A DNA stretch of 64,000 nt. It comes from an uncultured Actinomycetes bacterium. GTDB lineage: Bacteria > Actinomycetota > UBA4738 > HRBIN12. Positions within the stretch are counted from its first letter, which is position 1. Every line of letters starts with the position of its first letter. Both the position numbers and the translations under genes were made by a program. A model generated the notes under the pieces. It saw only the letters and a program-made list of their open reading frames with translations, had not been told where the DNA came from and searched no databases. This document shows positions 20,111 through 28,977 of the stretch, piece by piece. Location: positions 157,900 to 221,899 of the forward strand of contig CAWFJU010000005.1 of the NCBI GenBank assembly GCA_963816275.1. The letters run 5' to 3'.

Positions 20111-20377
20111 ATGGCGGTCGTCACGCTTCGCGCACCGCTGCGGGACCGTGCCGGCGGCGAGGCCCATCATGAGCTCCCCGGCGCGACCGTGGGCGAGGTG
20201 CTTCGCGAGCTGGAGCGACGCTGCCCGAAGGTGACCGGCTGGATCCTCGACGAGCAGGGGCGGGTCCGGCCGCACGTGAACGTGTTCGTGAACGGGGAAC
20301 GCACGAGGGAGGACGCGGCCGTCGCACCCGACGACGTGCTGCAGGTCCTCCCGTCCATCTCAGGGGGGTACGCATGA
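20111..20377 (+). CDS. MoaD/ThiS-family ubiquitin-like beta-grasp protein, C-terminus ...SISGGYA
   Basis: 88-aa ORF of MoaD-like size and pattern (VNVFVNGERT...VLQVLPSISGG). The di-glycine is followed by two extra residues. The stop overlaps the next gene's ATG (ATGA at 20374-20377). Confidence 0.8.
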   Translation: MAVVTLRAPLRDRAGGEAHHELPGATVGEVLRELERRCPKVTGWILDEQGRVRPHVNVFVNGERTREDAAVAPDDVLQVLPSISGGYA

Positions 20378-21443
20378 CCGAGCTGTTGGTCGGAACGAAG
20401 AAGGGCCTGTTCGTCCTGGAGGGCGACCCGTCGACGGGCGAGCCGTTCGCGATCGCGACGCGCGCGTTCGCGGGCGATGTCGTGGAATACGCGATCCGCG
20501 ATCGCCGCACCGGCCGGTACTTCGCCGGTGTCACGAGCGGGTTCTACGGCCCGCGAGTGATGTTCACCGACGACCCCGCCGGCGAGTGGCAGCAGGGGGA
20601 AGGACCGGCGTTCCCCGAGGGCTCCGACACGTCGCTGGAGCGCGTGTGGCGGATCGAGCCGGGTGTGGCCGACGGTGTCCTCTACGCGGGAGTCGCCCCG
20701 GCCGCGCTCTTCACCAGCACGGACAACGGCGAACACTGGGCGTTGAACGAGCCCCTGTGGAAGGAACGGCTCGCGGGCGAGTGGAACCCCGGCGCCGGCG
20801 GGCTCGCCCTCCATTCGATCTGCACCTGGCCGGGCAAGCCGGACACGCTCGCCGTTGGGGTGAGCGCCGCCGGCGTCTGGATCACCGAGGACGGCGGCGA
20901 GTCCTGGCGCACCGGGTACACGGGCCTGGTGCCCGAGTACGTGCCCGAGGAGCATCGCGACGGCACGAACGCGCTGTGCGTGCACAACATGCATCGAGCG
21001 CCGCTCCGCCCCGAGCGGCTGTTCATGCAGTTCCACGGCAACGTCTACCGCAGCGACGACGAGGGGGGCTCCTGGACGTCGATCCGCGAGGGGCTGCCGA
21101 GCGGCTTCGGGTTCCCGCTGGTGATCGATCCCGCCGACCCCGACTGCGCGTACGTGGTGCCGCTCGTGGCCGACGTCGACCGCGTGACCCCGAGGGGAAG
21201 CTCCGGGTCCACCGCACGCGCGACGCCGGCACGACCTGGATCCCGCTGGGCGAGGGCCTTCCGTCGAACGAGGCCTACCTGACGGTGCTCCGCCAGGCGT
21301 TCGGCGCGACCGGCGAGGGCGCGAGCCAGGAGCTCTACGTCGGCGCGACGAGCGGCGACGTCTGGGGCTCGGGCGACGCCGGCGGGCACTGGTTCGCCGC
21401 GCACGAGCGCCTGGCGCCGGTCACGAGCGTTCGGGTCGCGTGA
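20374..21443 (+). pseudogene. BNR/sialidase-like (WD40/YVTN/BNR repeat) beta-propeller protein, reading frame broken once
   Basis: ORF 20374..21282 has BNR-type motifs (FTSTDNGEHW, WITEDGGESW, YRSDDEGGSW). The C-terminal blade (GKLRVHRTRDAGTTW...GATSGDVWGSGDAGGHW) continues in the -1 frame (tail of ORF 20586..21443). The junction is at the C4 run 21188-21191. Confidence 0.8.
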
Positions 21444-21530
21444 CGGCGCGGGACCGCGCTGCCCCGACGTAGGCGCAACGACCCACACGGGAACGGCCCT
21501 CGTGTCAGACCCGCCTGTCATCGTGGCGGC

Positions 21531-22031
21531 ATGGCACAGGTGATCTCGCTCGACGACTATCGCGCCCGCCGGCACCCCCTCGCGACCTCGATCGCGCGCC
21601 TGGACCACGCGGTGGCGCGGCTCGATCCGCTCGTGCGCGATCGCACGGGTCGCCTGTCGCCGTCGGTGGAGCGCGAGCTCGCCCACATCGCGCGGTCGGT
21701 CTCGGCGGGCCTGCCCCGAGAGGCCGCGGAGCGCGCCGAACGCCTCGCCGATCTGCTCGAACACCCGGCGGCGCTGTACGCCCGCGCCTGGGACCCGGGC
21801 ATAGTGCGAGGGAAGCAGGTATCAAGCGTCTCGTCTGCACGTGCTCGGGAGCCGGGGAACCAACCGCCCCCAGGTCCTGAGCATGCCTCCCGCGGCATGA
21901 CTCGCGCGTGGGTTCTGCTTCCCTCGCGGGTACCTCTCGGCACCCGACTCGAACCTACACCCGCTCCGCGAAGGGCTGCAAACCCCGGGGTCAGGCGTCG
22001 TCGTGGCGACCGACCCGCGACCTCGCGATGA
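21531..22031 (+). CDS. Small hypothetical protein; 3' end uncertain
   Basis: ORF starting MAQVISLDDYRARR. GC-rich third positions hold only to about 21800 and then decay (ata, gta, tca, tct, gca...). The real product is probably about 90 aa, and the annotated stop at 22031 is probably read-through of non-coding sequence. Confidence 0.4.
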   Translation: MAQVISLDDYRARRHPLATSIARLDHAVARLDPLVRDRTGRLSPSVERELAHIARSVSAGLPREAAERAERLADLLEHPAALYARAWDPGIVRGKQVSSVSSARAREPGNQPPPGPEHASRGMTRAWVLLPSRVPLGTRLEPTPAPRRAANPGVRRRRGDRPATSR

Positions 22032-22803
22032 CCCACACGAGCACGGCGGCGACGGCAACGGCGCCGACCGCGGCCGCGATCGAGGGCCGCGGCGGCGGCA
22101 CGGCCTGGCGGATCCGGGTGCGCAGACGGACCGGCCGGCGGAAGTCGCGGATCTGCCACCCACGCTCCTCCGCCTCGCGGCGGAGCTCCTTGTCGGCGTT
22201 GACCGCCACGGGGTTGCCGACCGCGTCGAGCATCGGCAGGTCGGTGATCGAGTCGCTGTAGGCGTAGGAGCCCTCGAGGTCGATCCCGGCGCGCTCGGCG
22301 AGCCCGCGGATCGCCTCGGCCTTCTGCTCGCCGTAGGCGTAGAACTCGAGCTCGCCCGTGTAGAGGCCCTGGTCGTCGACCCCGGGGCGCGTCGCGATCA
22401 CGCCGTTCACGCCGAAGTGCCGGGCGAGCGGGCGCACGACCTCCTCGGGCGAGGACGACACGATGTAGATCCGGCGGCCCTCGCTCCGATGCAGAGCCAT
22501 CAGGTCGAGCGCCTCCTGATACACGTACGGGTCGATCACCTCGAAGATGACCTCTTCGACGATCCGCTCGATCTGCCCCCGGTCCCACCCCCGCGTGAGG
22601 CTGAGCATGCCCTCCTTCAGCTGCTCCATCTTGTTCTCGTCCGCCCCGACGAGCAGGTAGACGAGCTGCGCGTAGGCGCCACGGAGGAGCTGGGTGCGGG
22701 TCACCATCCCGGCTCGGAACAGCGGCCGCGAGAGGGCGAGCGAGGACGACCGCGAGATGATCGTCTTGTCCAGATCGAAGAAGGCCGCTTGCATCGTCCC
22801 CAT
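21991..22803 (-). CDS. HAD-IB family hydrolase (SerB-like) with a C-terminal membrane helix
   Basis: 270-aa ORF with HAD motif I (AFFDLDKTII), motifs YIVSSSP and AYSDSITDLPML, and a C-terminal hydrophobic segment (IAAAVGAVAVAAVLVWVI). Confidence 0.9.
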   Translation of the reverse strand: MGTMQAAFFDLDKTIISRSSSLALSRPLFRAGMVTRTQLLRGAYAQLVYLLVGADENKMEQLKEGMLSLTRGWDRGQIERIVEEVIFEVIDPYVYQEALDLMALHRSEGRRIYIVSSSPEEVVRPLARHFGVNGVIATRPGVDDQGLYTGELEFYAYGEQKAEAIRGLAERAGIDLEGSYAYSDSITDLPMLDAVGNPVAVNADKELRREAEERGWQIRDFRRPVRLRTRIRQAVPPPRPSIAAAVGAVAVAAVLVWVIARSRVGRHDDA

Positions 22804-22845
22804 CCTACGGTCGGCTCCCGACGCGTTCGACGAGCGCCCTCCGCG

Positions 22846-23393
22846 TTATCGGCGGATCCTCCTCGACGATGAACGGAACCGTGCGCACCAGGCCAGTTCG
22901 GCCTCGGCCAGCGCGCGCTGACGATCGAGCATCGCGTCACTGAGCGGCCGTCCCGGCCCACCCTGGCCGACGGTCCGCTCGCGCTCGGCGGCCAGGGCGT
23001 CGAGCAGGTCCCCCAGGGCGAGCTCGCGGGCGGCGATCGCGTCCTTCGACGTCCGCCGGGCTCAGCCGGTCGGCGAACCCCAGCGCGAGCCCTGCGTCGG
23101 TCTCGTACGGAGCGAGCACCCCGAAGCGTTCGGCGAGCCCTTCGCTCAGCCGCGCCCGTCCCGTCCGCGTGATCCGGAAGACGCGCCGGTCCGGACCCTC
23201 ACTCCCCTCTTGCGACCGCCCGACGATCAGGCCGCGCGCCTCGAGCCGATGCAGGGTCTGGTAGACGGAGGCCTTCCCGACCTCCACCCAGAACCCCATG
23301 CTGCGAGTCGCGGAACCGTTCGAGGAGGTCGTACCCGTGCATCGGTTCCTCGGCCAGCAGCCCCAGCACCACGACCTCGACCTTGGGCACCAT
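22846..23393 (-). pseudogene. PadR-family transcriptional regulator, at least two frame shifts
   Basis: The N-terminus (MVPKVEVVVLGLLAEEPMHGYDLLERFRDS) is in the tail of ORF 23199..23669. The wHTH core (FWVEVGKASVYQTLHRLEARGLIVGR...RVFRITRTGR) is in ORF 22937..23410. The C-terminal coiled part (AIAARELALGDLLDALAAERERTV...DRQRALAEAELAW) is in the third frame by hand translation. Junctions are near 23294-23297 and 23043. Confidence 0.8.
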
Positions 23394-23467
23394 CGCATGT
23401 CCCTCCCCACTAGTCTGCTTTGGACTAGAGCAGGGTAGCGCAGCCGCGCCTCGGGTGTTCGTGTGGC

Positions 23468-24313
23468 TCAGGCGGGCTCGGGCTCGCGTTCCGAGGTCGA
23501 CGCGCCGGGCTCGTCGGCCGTGCGCTCCTCGCGCCGACGGACCCGCCACGCCAGCACGATCCCCGCCGCGATCATGCCGAGGCTGATGAACTGGGCGCCG
23601 GTGAGACCGGCCACCCGCTCGTCGTACGCCCGCAGGAAGTCGGTCAGGAACCGCTGGATCCCGTACCACAGCAGGAACGTCGCGGTCATCGCGCCGGCCG
23701 GGGCGTTCCGTCGGGCCATCCAGAACAGGAACGCCGCGAGCGGCGCGAGCAGGATGAACTCGTACAGGGCCGTGTTATGGATCACGGTGCCCACCGCGAT
23801 CGGACCCTCCCGGGTCTCGCCCCCGAGGTACTTCACGCCCAGGAAGAACGTCGTCTCGTTCCCGAAGTGCTCGCCGACGGCGTAGCAACCGATCCGCCCG
23901 ATCATCAGGCCGGGGACGAGGCCGAGCACGATGCCGTCGGTGAGCGAGAGGGTGTTGACCTCGCGGTGGGAACGTTGCCACCAGACGATCACGATGATCG
24001 CGATCAGGAACGCGCCCGAGAACTGGAGCCCCCCCTCCCAGAGGGCGAACGCCGAGAGGGGTCGGTCGGTGAAGTCCGAGAGATGCGTCAGCACGAACAG
24101 GAGCCGGGAGCCGATGATCCCCAGCAGGATCACGCGCCACGCGAGCGAGGTGAGCGCCTCGGGATCCATCCCGCGCTGACGCGCGAACCGCAGGAACACC
24201 CACGAGCCCACGAGGATCCCGATCGCCACGAAGACGCCGAACACGCGGATCGGGATCGGTCCGAGGTGCAGGACCGGGAACGTGCGGTACGGGATCGAGG
24301 CGAGCACGGCCAC
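23468..24313 (-). CDS. lgt: Prolipoprotein diacylglyceryl transferase
   Basis: 281-aa polytopic ORF with Lgt signatures (IRVFGVFVAIGILVG..., LWEGGLQFSGAFL, GRIGCYAVGEHFG, HNTALYEF). Confidence 0.95.
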   Translation of the reverse strand: MAVLASIPYRTFPVLHLGPIPIRVFGVFVAIGILVGSWVFLRFARQRGMDPEALTSLAWRVILLGIIGSRLLFVLTHLSDFTDRPLSAFALWEGGLQFSGAFLIAIIVIVWWQRSHREVNTLSLTDGIVLGLVPGLMIGRIGCYAVGEHFGNETTFFLGVKYLGGETREGPIAVGTVIHNTALYEFILLAPLAAFLFWMARRNAPAGAMTATFLLWYGIQRFLTDFLRAYDERVAGLTGAQFISLGMIAAGIVLAWRVRRREERTADEPGASTSEREPEPA

Positions 24314-24341
24314 AATCCTACGCGCGGCTATGCTCAGCGAC

Positions 24342-24433
24342 GGAGGCGTCAGGGTTCCTGGTGGGCCCCTCGGTCTTCAACACCGATGTGGGGGCGCGAG
24401 CTCCCAGGCGGGTTCGATTCCCGTCCGCCTCCG
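24342..24433 (+). tRNA. selC: tRNA-Sec (anticodon UCA)
   Basis: Hand fold. Acceptor GGAGGCG (24342-48) pairs with CGCCTCC (24426-32), with discriminator G24433. The 6-bp D stem is GGGTTC/GGGCCC. The anticodon stem is TCGGT/ACCGA with loop CUUCAAC, and the anticodon UCA is at 24377-79. The 6-bp extra arm is GGGGGC-GCGA-GCTCCC. The T arm is GGCGGG-TTCGATT-CCCGTC. The acceptor and T stems together stack 13 bp. CCA is not encoded. TATGCT lies about 7 nt upstream. Confidence 0.9.
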
Positions 24434-24480
24434 CGATGACGGGCCGGGCGGCCCACGCCGCTGCGCGCACGACCACTACG

Positions 24481-27183
24481 ATGGCCTCCGTGACCGCGTA
24501 TCCGGCCCACCTCGAGACCGACGTCGTCCTGCGTGACGGCAGCACCGTTCGCATCCGCCCGGCCCGTCCCGAGGACGCCGAGCCGGTCGAGGACTACCTC
24601 CTCGGCCTGTCGGAGGAATCGCGACGGCTCCGGTTCTGGGGACCGTCGGTCGACATCCGCGGTGTGGCGTCCAAGGCGGTGGATGTCGACTACGTCGATC
24701 ACCTGACGCTCCTCGCCTTCTCGGACCGGCGCGTCGTGGCCGGCGCCCAGTACATCCGGGTGGGTGGCTACCGCGCCGAGGTCAGCGTGAGCGTCGCCGA
24801 CGAGTTGCAGGGCAAGGGTCTCGGATCGCTGCTGATCGCGCACCTCGCGCAGGCGGCCGACGAGGCCGGGATCCGCTTCTTCTTCGCCGAGGTGCTCCCG
24901 GAGAACCACCGGATGATCGACGTCTTCCGCCGGACCGGGTTCGACGTCGCGATCCACGCCAAACCTGGCGAGGTCGAGGTGGAGTTCCCCACGACGATCA
25001 CCGAGGAGGCCGTCGAGACCTACGAGGAGCGGGAACGGATCGCCGCGGCGAACGCGGTGAGGGCGCTCCTCGAACCGACGTCCGTCGCGGTGATCGGCGC
25101 CTCGCGCGATCCGTCCTCGATCGGCGGGCGCCTGTTCCACAACCTGCTCTCGCGCCCCTTCACCGGCGTGGTGTACCCGGTGAACCCGTCCGCGGAGGCC
25201 GTGCAGGGCGTCCCCGCCTACGCCTCGATCGCGGAGGTCCCCGGGCCCGTCGACGTCGCGTTCATCGCCGTGCCGGCCGCCGTCGTCGTCGACATCGCCA
25301 CGGCATGCGGCGAGAAGGGCGTGCACGGGCTCGTCGTGATCTCGGCGGGGTTCGGAGAGAGCGGCGCCGAGGGTCGCGAGCGCCAGTCCGAGCTGCTGGA
25401 GGTGTGCCGCGCGGCCGGGATGCGCCTGGTCGGACCCAACTGCATGGGCGTCGTGAACACGGCACCCGAGATCGCGATGAACGGAACGTTCGCCGCCGCC
25501 TGGCCGCCCGAGGGCAACGTCGGGTTCCTGTCGCAGAGCGGCGCCCTGGGCATCGCGGTGATGAGCCAGGCCGCGCAGCTGGGCCTGGGGCTCTCCACCT
25601 TCGCCTCGGTCGGGAACAAGGCCGACGTCTCGGGCAACGACCTGCTCTGCTACTGGGACGAGGACCCCCGCACCGACGTGATCATGCTGTACCTCGAGTC
25701 CTTCGGGAACCCGAAGCGGTTCGGGCGCCTCGCCCGCCGGATCGGCCGCACGAAGCCGATCGTAGCGGTCAAGAGCGGTCGGTCGGTCGCCGGAGCCAGG
25801 GCCGCGTCGTCCCACACTGGATCGCTCCTGGCCTCATCGGACTCGACCGTGGACGCGATGTTCCGTCAGCACGGCGTGATCCGCACCGACACCCTCGAGG
25901 AGATGTTCGACGTCGGCACGCTGCTCGCGAACCAGCCCGTCCCCGTCGGCAACCGCGTCGCGATCGTGACGAACGCCGGCGGGCTCGGGATCCTCTGCGC
26001 CGACACGTGCGAGGCGCGAGGCCTCGTCGTCCCCGAGCTCGGCGAGGCGACGGTGACCGAGCTCACGTCCTTCCTGCCCGAGCAGGCCTCGGCCGACAAC
26101 CCGGTCGACATGATCGCCTCGGCGAGCGGCGAGGACTACGGTCGCACGATCCGGACCGTGGCGGCCGATGCGGGCATCGACTCGCTGATCGTGCTCTACA
26201 TCCCGCCGCTCGAGGACGCCGCGCCAGACGTCGCGCAACACATGGTCGAGGCGATCGGGTCGATCGAGCGCCGGATCCCGGTGCTCACGTGCTTCATGTC
26301 GGCACGGGGACTCCCCGAGCCGCTGCGTGCGCCCGGCGTCAAGATCCCCTCGTTCGCCTATCCGGAGCAGGCCGCGATCGCCCTCGCGCACGCGGTCGAG
26401 CTGGGCGCCTGGCGCGCGAAGCCGCACGGCGAGATCGCCGAGCTGGACGGGGTGCGCGAGGACGAGGCCGCGGCCGTGCTCGCCGCCGCACTCGCGCGCG
26501 ACGAGGAGTGGCTGACCCCCGACGAGGTGCGACAGCTCTTCGACTGCTACGGCCTTCCGACCGTGCCGGAGGAGCGCGCCACGACGGCGGAGGAGGCCGC
26601 CGAGACCTCGCTCGCGTTCCACGGCCGCGTCGCGCTGAAGGCGATCGGGCCTGTGCACAAGACGGACGTAGGCGCGGTGGCCCTCGACCTGATGCCGGGC
26701 CCCGACGTGGCGGAGGCCGCGGCGGGGATGGCCGAGCGCCTGGCAGCCGCGGGAGAGCCGCTCGAGGGCTTCGTGGTGCAGGAGATGGTCGGCGACGGCG
26801 TGGAGATGCTCGTCGGGGCCGCCGCCGATCCGATGTTCGGGCCGATGATCGCGGTTGGGGCGGGCGGCGTGACGGTCGAGCTCACGCGCGACGTGGCGGT
26901 CCGGGTGGCCCCGCTCACCGACGTCGACGCCGACGAGATGATCCAGGGTCTCGCGACGTTCCCGCTGCTCGACGGGTTCCGTGGCGCGCCGAAGGCCGAC
27001 GTCCCCGCCCTCCACGACGTGGTGCTGCGCGTGAGCGCCCTCTGCGCCGACCATCCGGAGGTGGCCGAGATGGACTGCAACCCCGTCGTGGTGCGGACGC
27101 ACGGCGCCGTGATCGTCGACGCGCGGGTCCGCGTGCGCGTCCCCGAGCCCCGGCGCCGGTTCGCATCGCGCAGCGGCGGATAG
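24481..27183 (+). CDS. Bifunctional GNAT acetyltransferase / ADP-forming acyl-CoA synthetase-family protein (PatA-like protein acetyltransferase architecture)
   Basis: 900 aa from ATG 24481. N-terminal GNAT (VSVADELQGKGLGSLLIAHL), then a CoA-binding domain (SVAVIGASRDPSSIGG), succinyl-CoA-ligase-like and ATP-grasp domains. The longer ORF start at 24361 would run through the tRNA. Confidence 0.9.
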   Translation: MASVTAYPAHLETDVVLRDGSTVRIRPARPEDAEPVEDYLLGLSEESRRLRFWGPSVDIRGVASKAVDVDYVDHLTLLAFSDRRVVAGAQYIRVGGYRAEVSVSVADELQGKGLGSLLIAHLAQAADEAGIRFFFAEVLPENHRMIDVFRRTGFDVAIHAKPGEVEVEFPTTITEEAVETYEERERIAAANAVRALLEPTSVAVIGASRDPSSIGGRLFHNLLSRPFTGVVYPVNPSAEAVQGVPAYASIAEVPGPVDVAFIAVPAAVVVDIATACGEKGVHGLVVISAGFGESGAEGRERQSELLEVCRAAGMRLVGPNCMGVVNTAPEIAMNGTFAAAWPPEGNVGFLSQSGALGIAVMSQAAQLGLGLSTFASVGNKADVSGNDLLCYWDEDPRTDVIMLYLESFGNPKRFGRLARRIGRTKPIVAVKSGRSVAGARAASSHTGSLLASSDSTVDAMFRQHGVIRTDTLEEMFDVGTLLANQPVPVGNRVAIVTNAGGLGILCADTCEARGLVVPELGEATVTELTSFLPEQASADNPVDMIASASGEDYGRTIRTVAADAGIDSLIVLYIPPLEDAAPDVAQHMVEAIGSIERRIPVLTCFMSARGLPEPLRAPGVKIPSFAYPEQAAIALAHAVELGAWRAKPHGEIAELDGVREDEAAAVLAAALARDEEWLTPDEVRQLFDCYGLPTVPEERATTAEEAAETSLAFHGRVALKAIGPVHKTDVGAVALDLMPGPDVAEAAAGMAERLAAAGEPLEGFVVQEMVGDGVEMLVGAAADPMFGPMIAVGAGGVTVELTRDVAVRVAPLTDVDADEMIQGLATFPLLDGFRGAPKADVPALHDVVLRVSALCADHPEVAEMDCNPVVVRTHGAVIVDARVRVRVPEPRRRFASRSGG

Positions 27184-27192
27184 GCTGAACGC

Positions 27193-27540
27193 ATGCCCCG
27201 TCGCCGCACCGACCCCACACGCCCGCGGCTCGAGTTGTCGCGGATCCACGAGCTCGCCGAGCGGGCCGAGATCACGATCGACGAGCTGGCCGAGTTCCTC
27301 GATTCGCCCACCGGGCAACGGCTCCGCCGGATGCTCGCCACGGGCCTGATCGTGTCGGTCCCGCTCGTGATGCGGATCCCCGGGCTCCGCCGTTCACCGA
27401 TCGGCCGGCTGATCGAGGTCACGGGCGGCGCCGCGATCGTTATGGCGATCGCCGACGCGATCCGGGATTGGGAACGGAGCGAGGACGCCCGGCGCCGGCA
27501 CGCATCGCGCGTGATCGACGTCCCACCGGTTCAGCCCTAG
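27193..27540 (+). CDS. Hypothetical protein with central hydrophobic segments
   Basis: 115-aa ORF with GC-rich third positions, starting 10 nt after the upstream stop. I recognise no family. Confidence 0.5.
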   Translation: MPRRRTDPTRPRLELSRIHELAERAEITIDELAEFLDSPTGQRLRRMLATGLIVSVPLVMRIPGLRRSPIGRLIEVTGGAAIVMAIADAIRDWERSEDARRRHASRVIDVPPVQP

Positions 27541-28850
27541 TCCCCGGGGATCTCGGGGATCTCGACCTCGTCCATCTCCTCCGCATCGTCCAGCGAGAGA
27601 TCCTCGTCGATCTCGTCGGGCGCCAGCGTGCCCACCGAGCCGCGCCGGATCGCACGTGCGTAGAGCGCGAGCGTCGGCAAGCGGAGGAGCCCCGACACGA
27701 CCAGGGCCACCGGCACCGAGATCGCGCTCGCGATGATGCCCAATGGCGGACCACCGACGGTCTGCCCGATCGCGTCGGACTGCGTGCCCATCGAGTTCAC
27801 GGTCGCGCGCGTCGCGGGATCGAGCCCCTGGTTCACCCACGCCGTGAAGACGGGGTCGCGCACGCTCCGGAGCGCCCCCACGATCCAGAACGCCACCACC
27901 GCCGCCCAGAACGCGCCGACGAGTCCGAACGCGACCACGCCGACGACCAGCAGGACGTCGATCACGACGAGGATCCGCGCGACGGCCGCGTGACCCCGCA
28001 GGTGCGACCGCCGCTTCACGATCGACAGCGCGCCCAGCCCGAGCAGCATCCCGACGCCGTCAAGGATCCCGAACCACACCACGCGGTTCAGCCCGCCGAT
28101 CGCCGGGAGCCCGATGTCCTTGAGCAGGTGGAAGTCCGACAGCCGGTCGAACCCCTCGGTGGACGCGCCGTGGATCGCGGCCGTGACGAGGATCAGCCAG
28201 AGGACCGGATGGCCGCGTACCTCGCGAACCCCGTCCTTCAGCGTGCCGACCAAGGTGCGGTGGATCCGCTCCCCGGCGGGACGCGCTCGACGCGTGAACC
28301 CTTCCTCGCGCATCGCGATCGCCAGGAAGACCCCGAGCCCCAGGAACCCGACGCCCGACAGGATCACGGGGAGCCGCAGGTCGATCGAGGCGAGCGCCAC
28401 GCTGGCCGCGATCGCGACGAGCGCCCCCACGTGATACCACTGCTCGGCGCGCAGGTAGAGCGGGCGGGCCGCCTCCTCGCCGATCTCGTCGGTGAGCCAC
28501 GCCACGTCGGCGCCGCTCGTGAACGTCGCGAAGATCCCGAACATCACCTGCGAGACGACGGCCATCTGGTACGTCTCGGCGAGACCGAGCACCACGAACG
28601 CCGCCCCGGTGCCCAGGACGCCGATCACCACCGAGACGCGGCGGCCCATCGTGTCGGCGACCACGCCGGTCGGCAACTCGAAGAGGAGGTACGTCCCCTC
28701 GAGGACCGTACCCAGCAGCAACAGTTGGAACGGCGTCGGGTCGAGGCGAACCACGATGAACACCGTGTAGACGGTGGCCATCAGGCGGAACATGAAGCCA
28801 CCGGTGGTCTCGTAGATCAGATAGACGGTGGCTGGGCGCAATCGTCGCAC
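27537..28850 (-). CDS. MFS transporter
   Basis: 437-aa ORF with about 12 hydrophobic segments and an MFS loop motif (GVVADTMGRRVSV). Confidence 0.9.
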   Translation of the reverse strand: MRRLRPATVYLIYETTGGFMFRLMATVYTVFIVVRLDPTPFQLLLLGTVLEGTYLLFELPTGVVADTMGRRVSVVIGVLGTGAAFVVLGLAETYQMAVVSQVMFGIFATFTSGADVAWLTDEIGEEAARPLYLRAEQWYHVGALVAIAASVALASIDLRLPVILSGVGFLGLGVFLAIAMREEGFTRRARPAGERIHRTLVGTLKDGVREVRGHPVLWLILVTAAIHGASTEGFDRLSDFHLLKDIGLPAIGGLNRVVWFGILDGVGMLLGLGALSIVKRRSHLRGHAAVARILVVIDVLLVVGVVAFGLVGAFWAAVVAFWIVGALRSVRDPVFTAWVNQGLDPATRATVNSMGTQSDAIGQTVGGPPLGIIASAISVPVALVVSGLLRLPTLALYARAIRRGSVGTLAPDEIDEDLSLDDAEEMDEVEIPEIPGD

Positions 28851-28977
28851 GACACATCTTCCTCACGGGTCGGGGCGTGCGGCGGAGGTGCCGGGCCGAG
28901 GCACGCCGGAACGGGGCGACGGCGCGCCCCTTCTGATCGGGTGATGTCGGCTAGGCGGTTGGCACTGCGCGGGCAGG

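Noticed and set aside
21800-21930. Partial resemblance to SRP RNA or RNase P motifs (GGAAGCAG, CAGGUCC, GAGGGAAG).
   Set aside because: The order and context of the motifs do not match the conserved SRP domain IV (CAGGUCCGGAAGGAAGCAGC) or the RNase P P4 (GAGGAAAGUCC). I kept it only as an unclassified structured region.
21930-21960. A T-loop-like GGTTCGAGTC on the minus strand, suggesting a second tRNA.
   Set aside because: The flanking bases do not form a T stem, and no acceptor, D or anticodon arms could be drawn.
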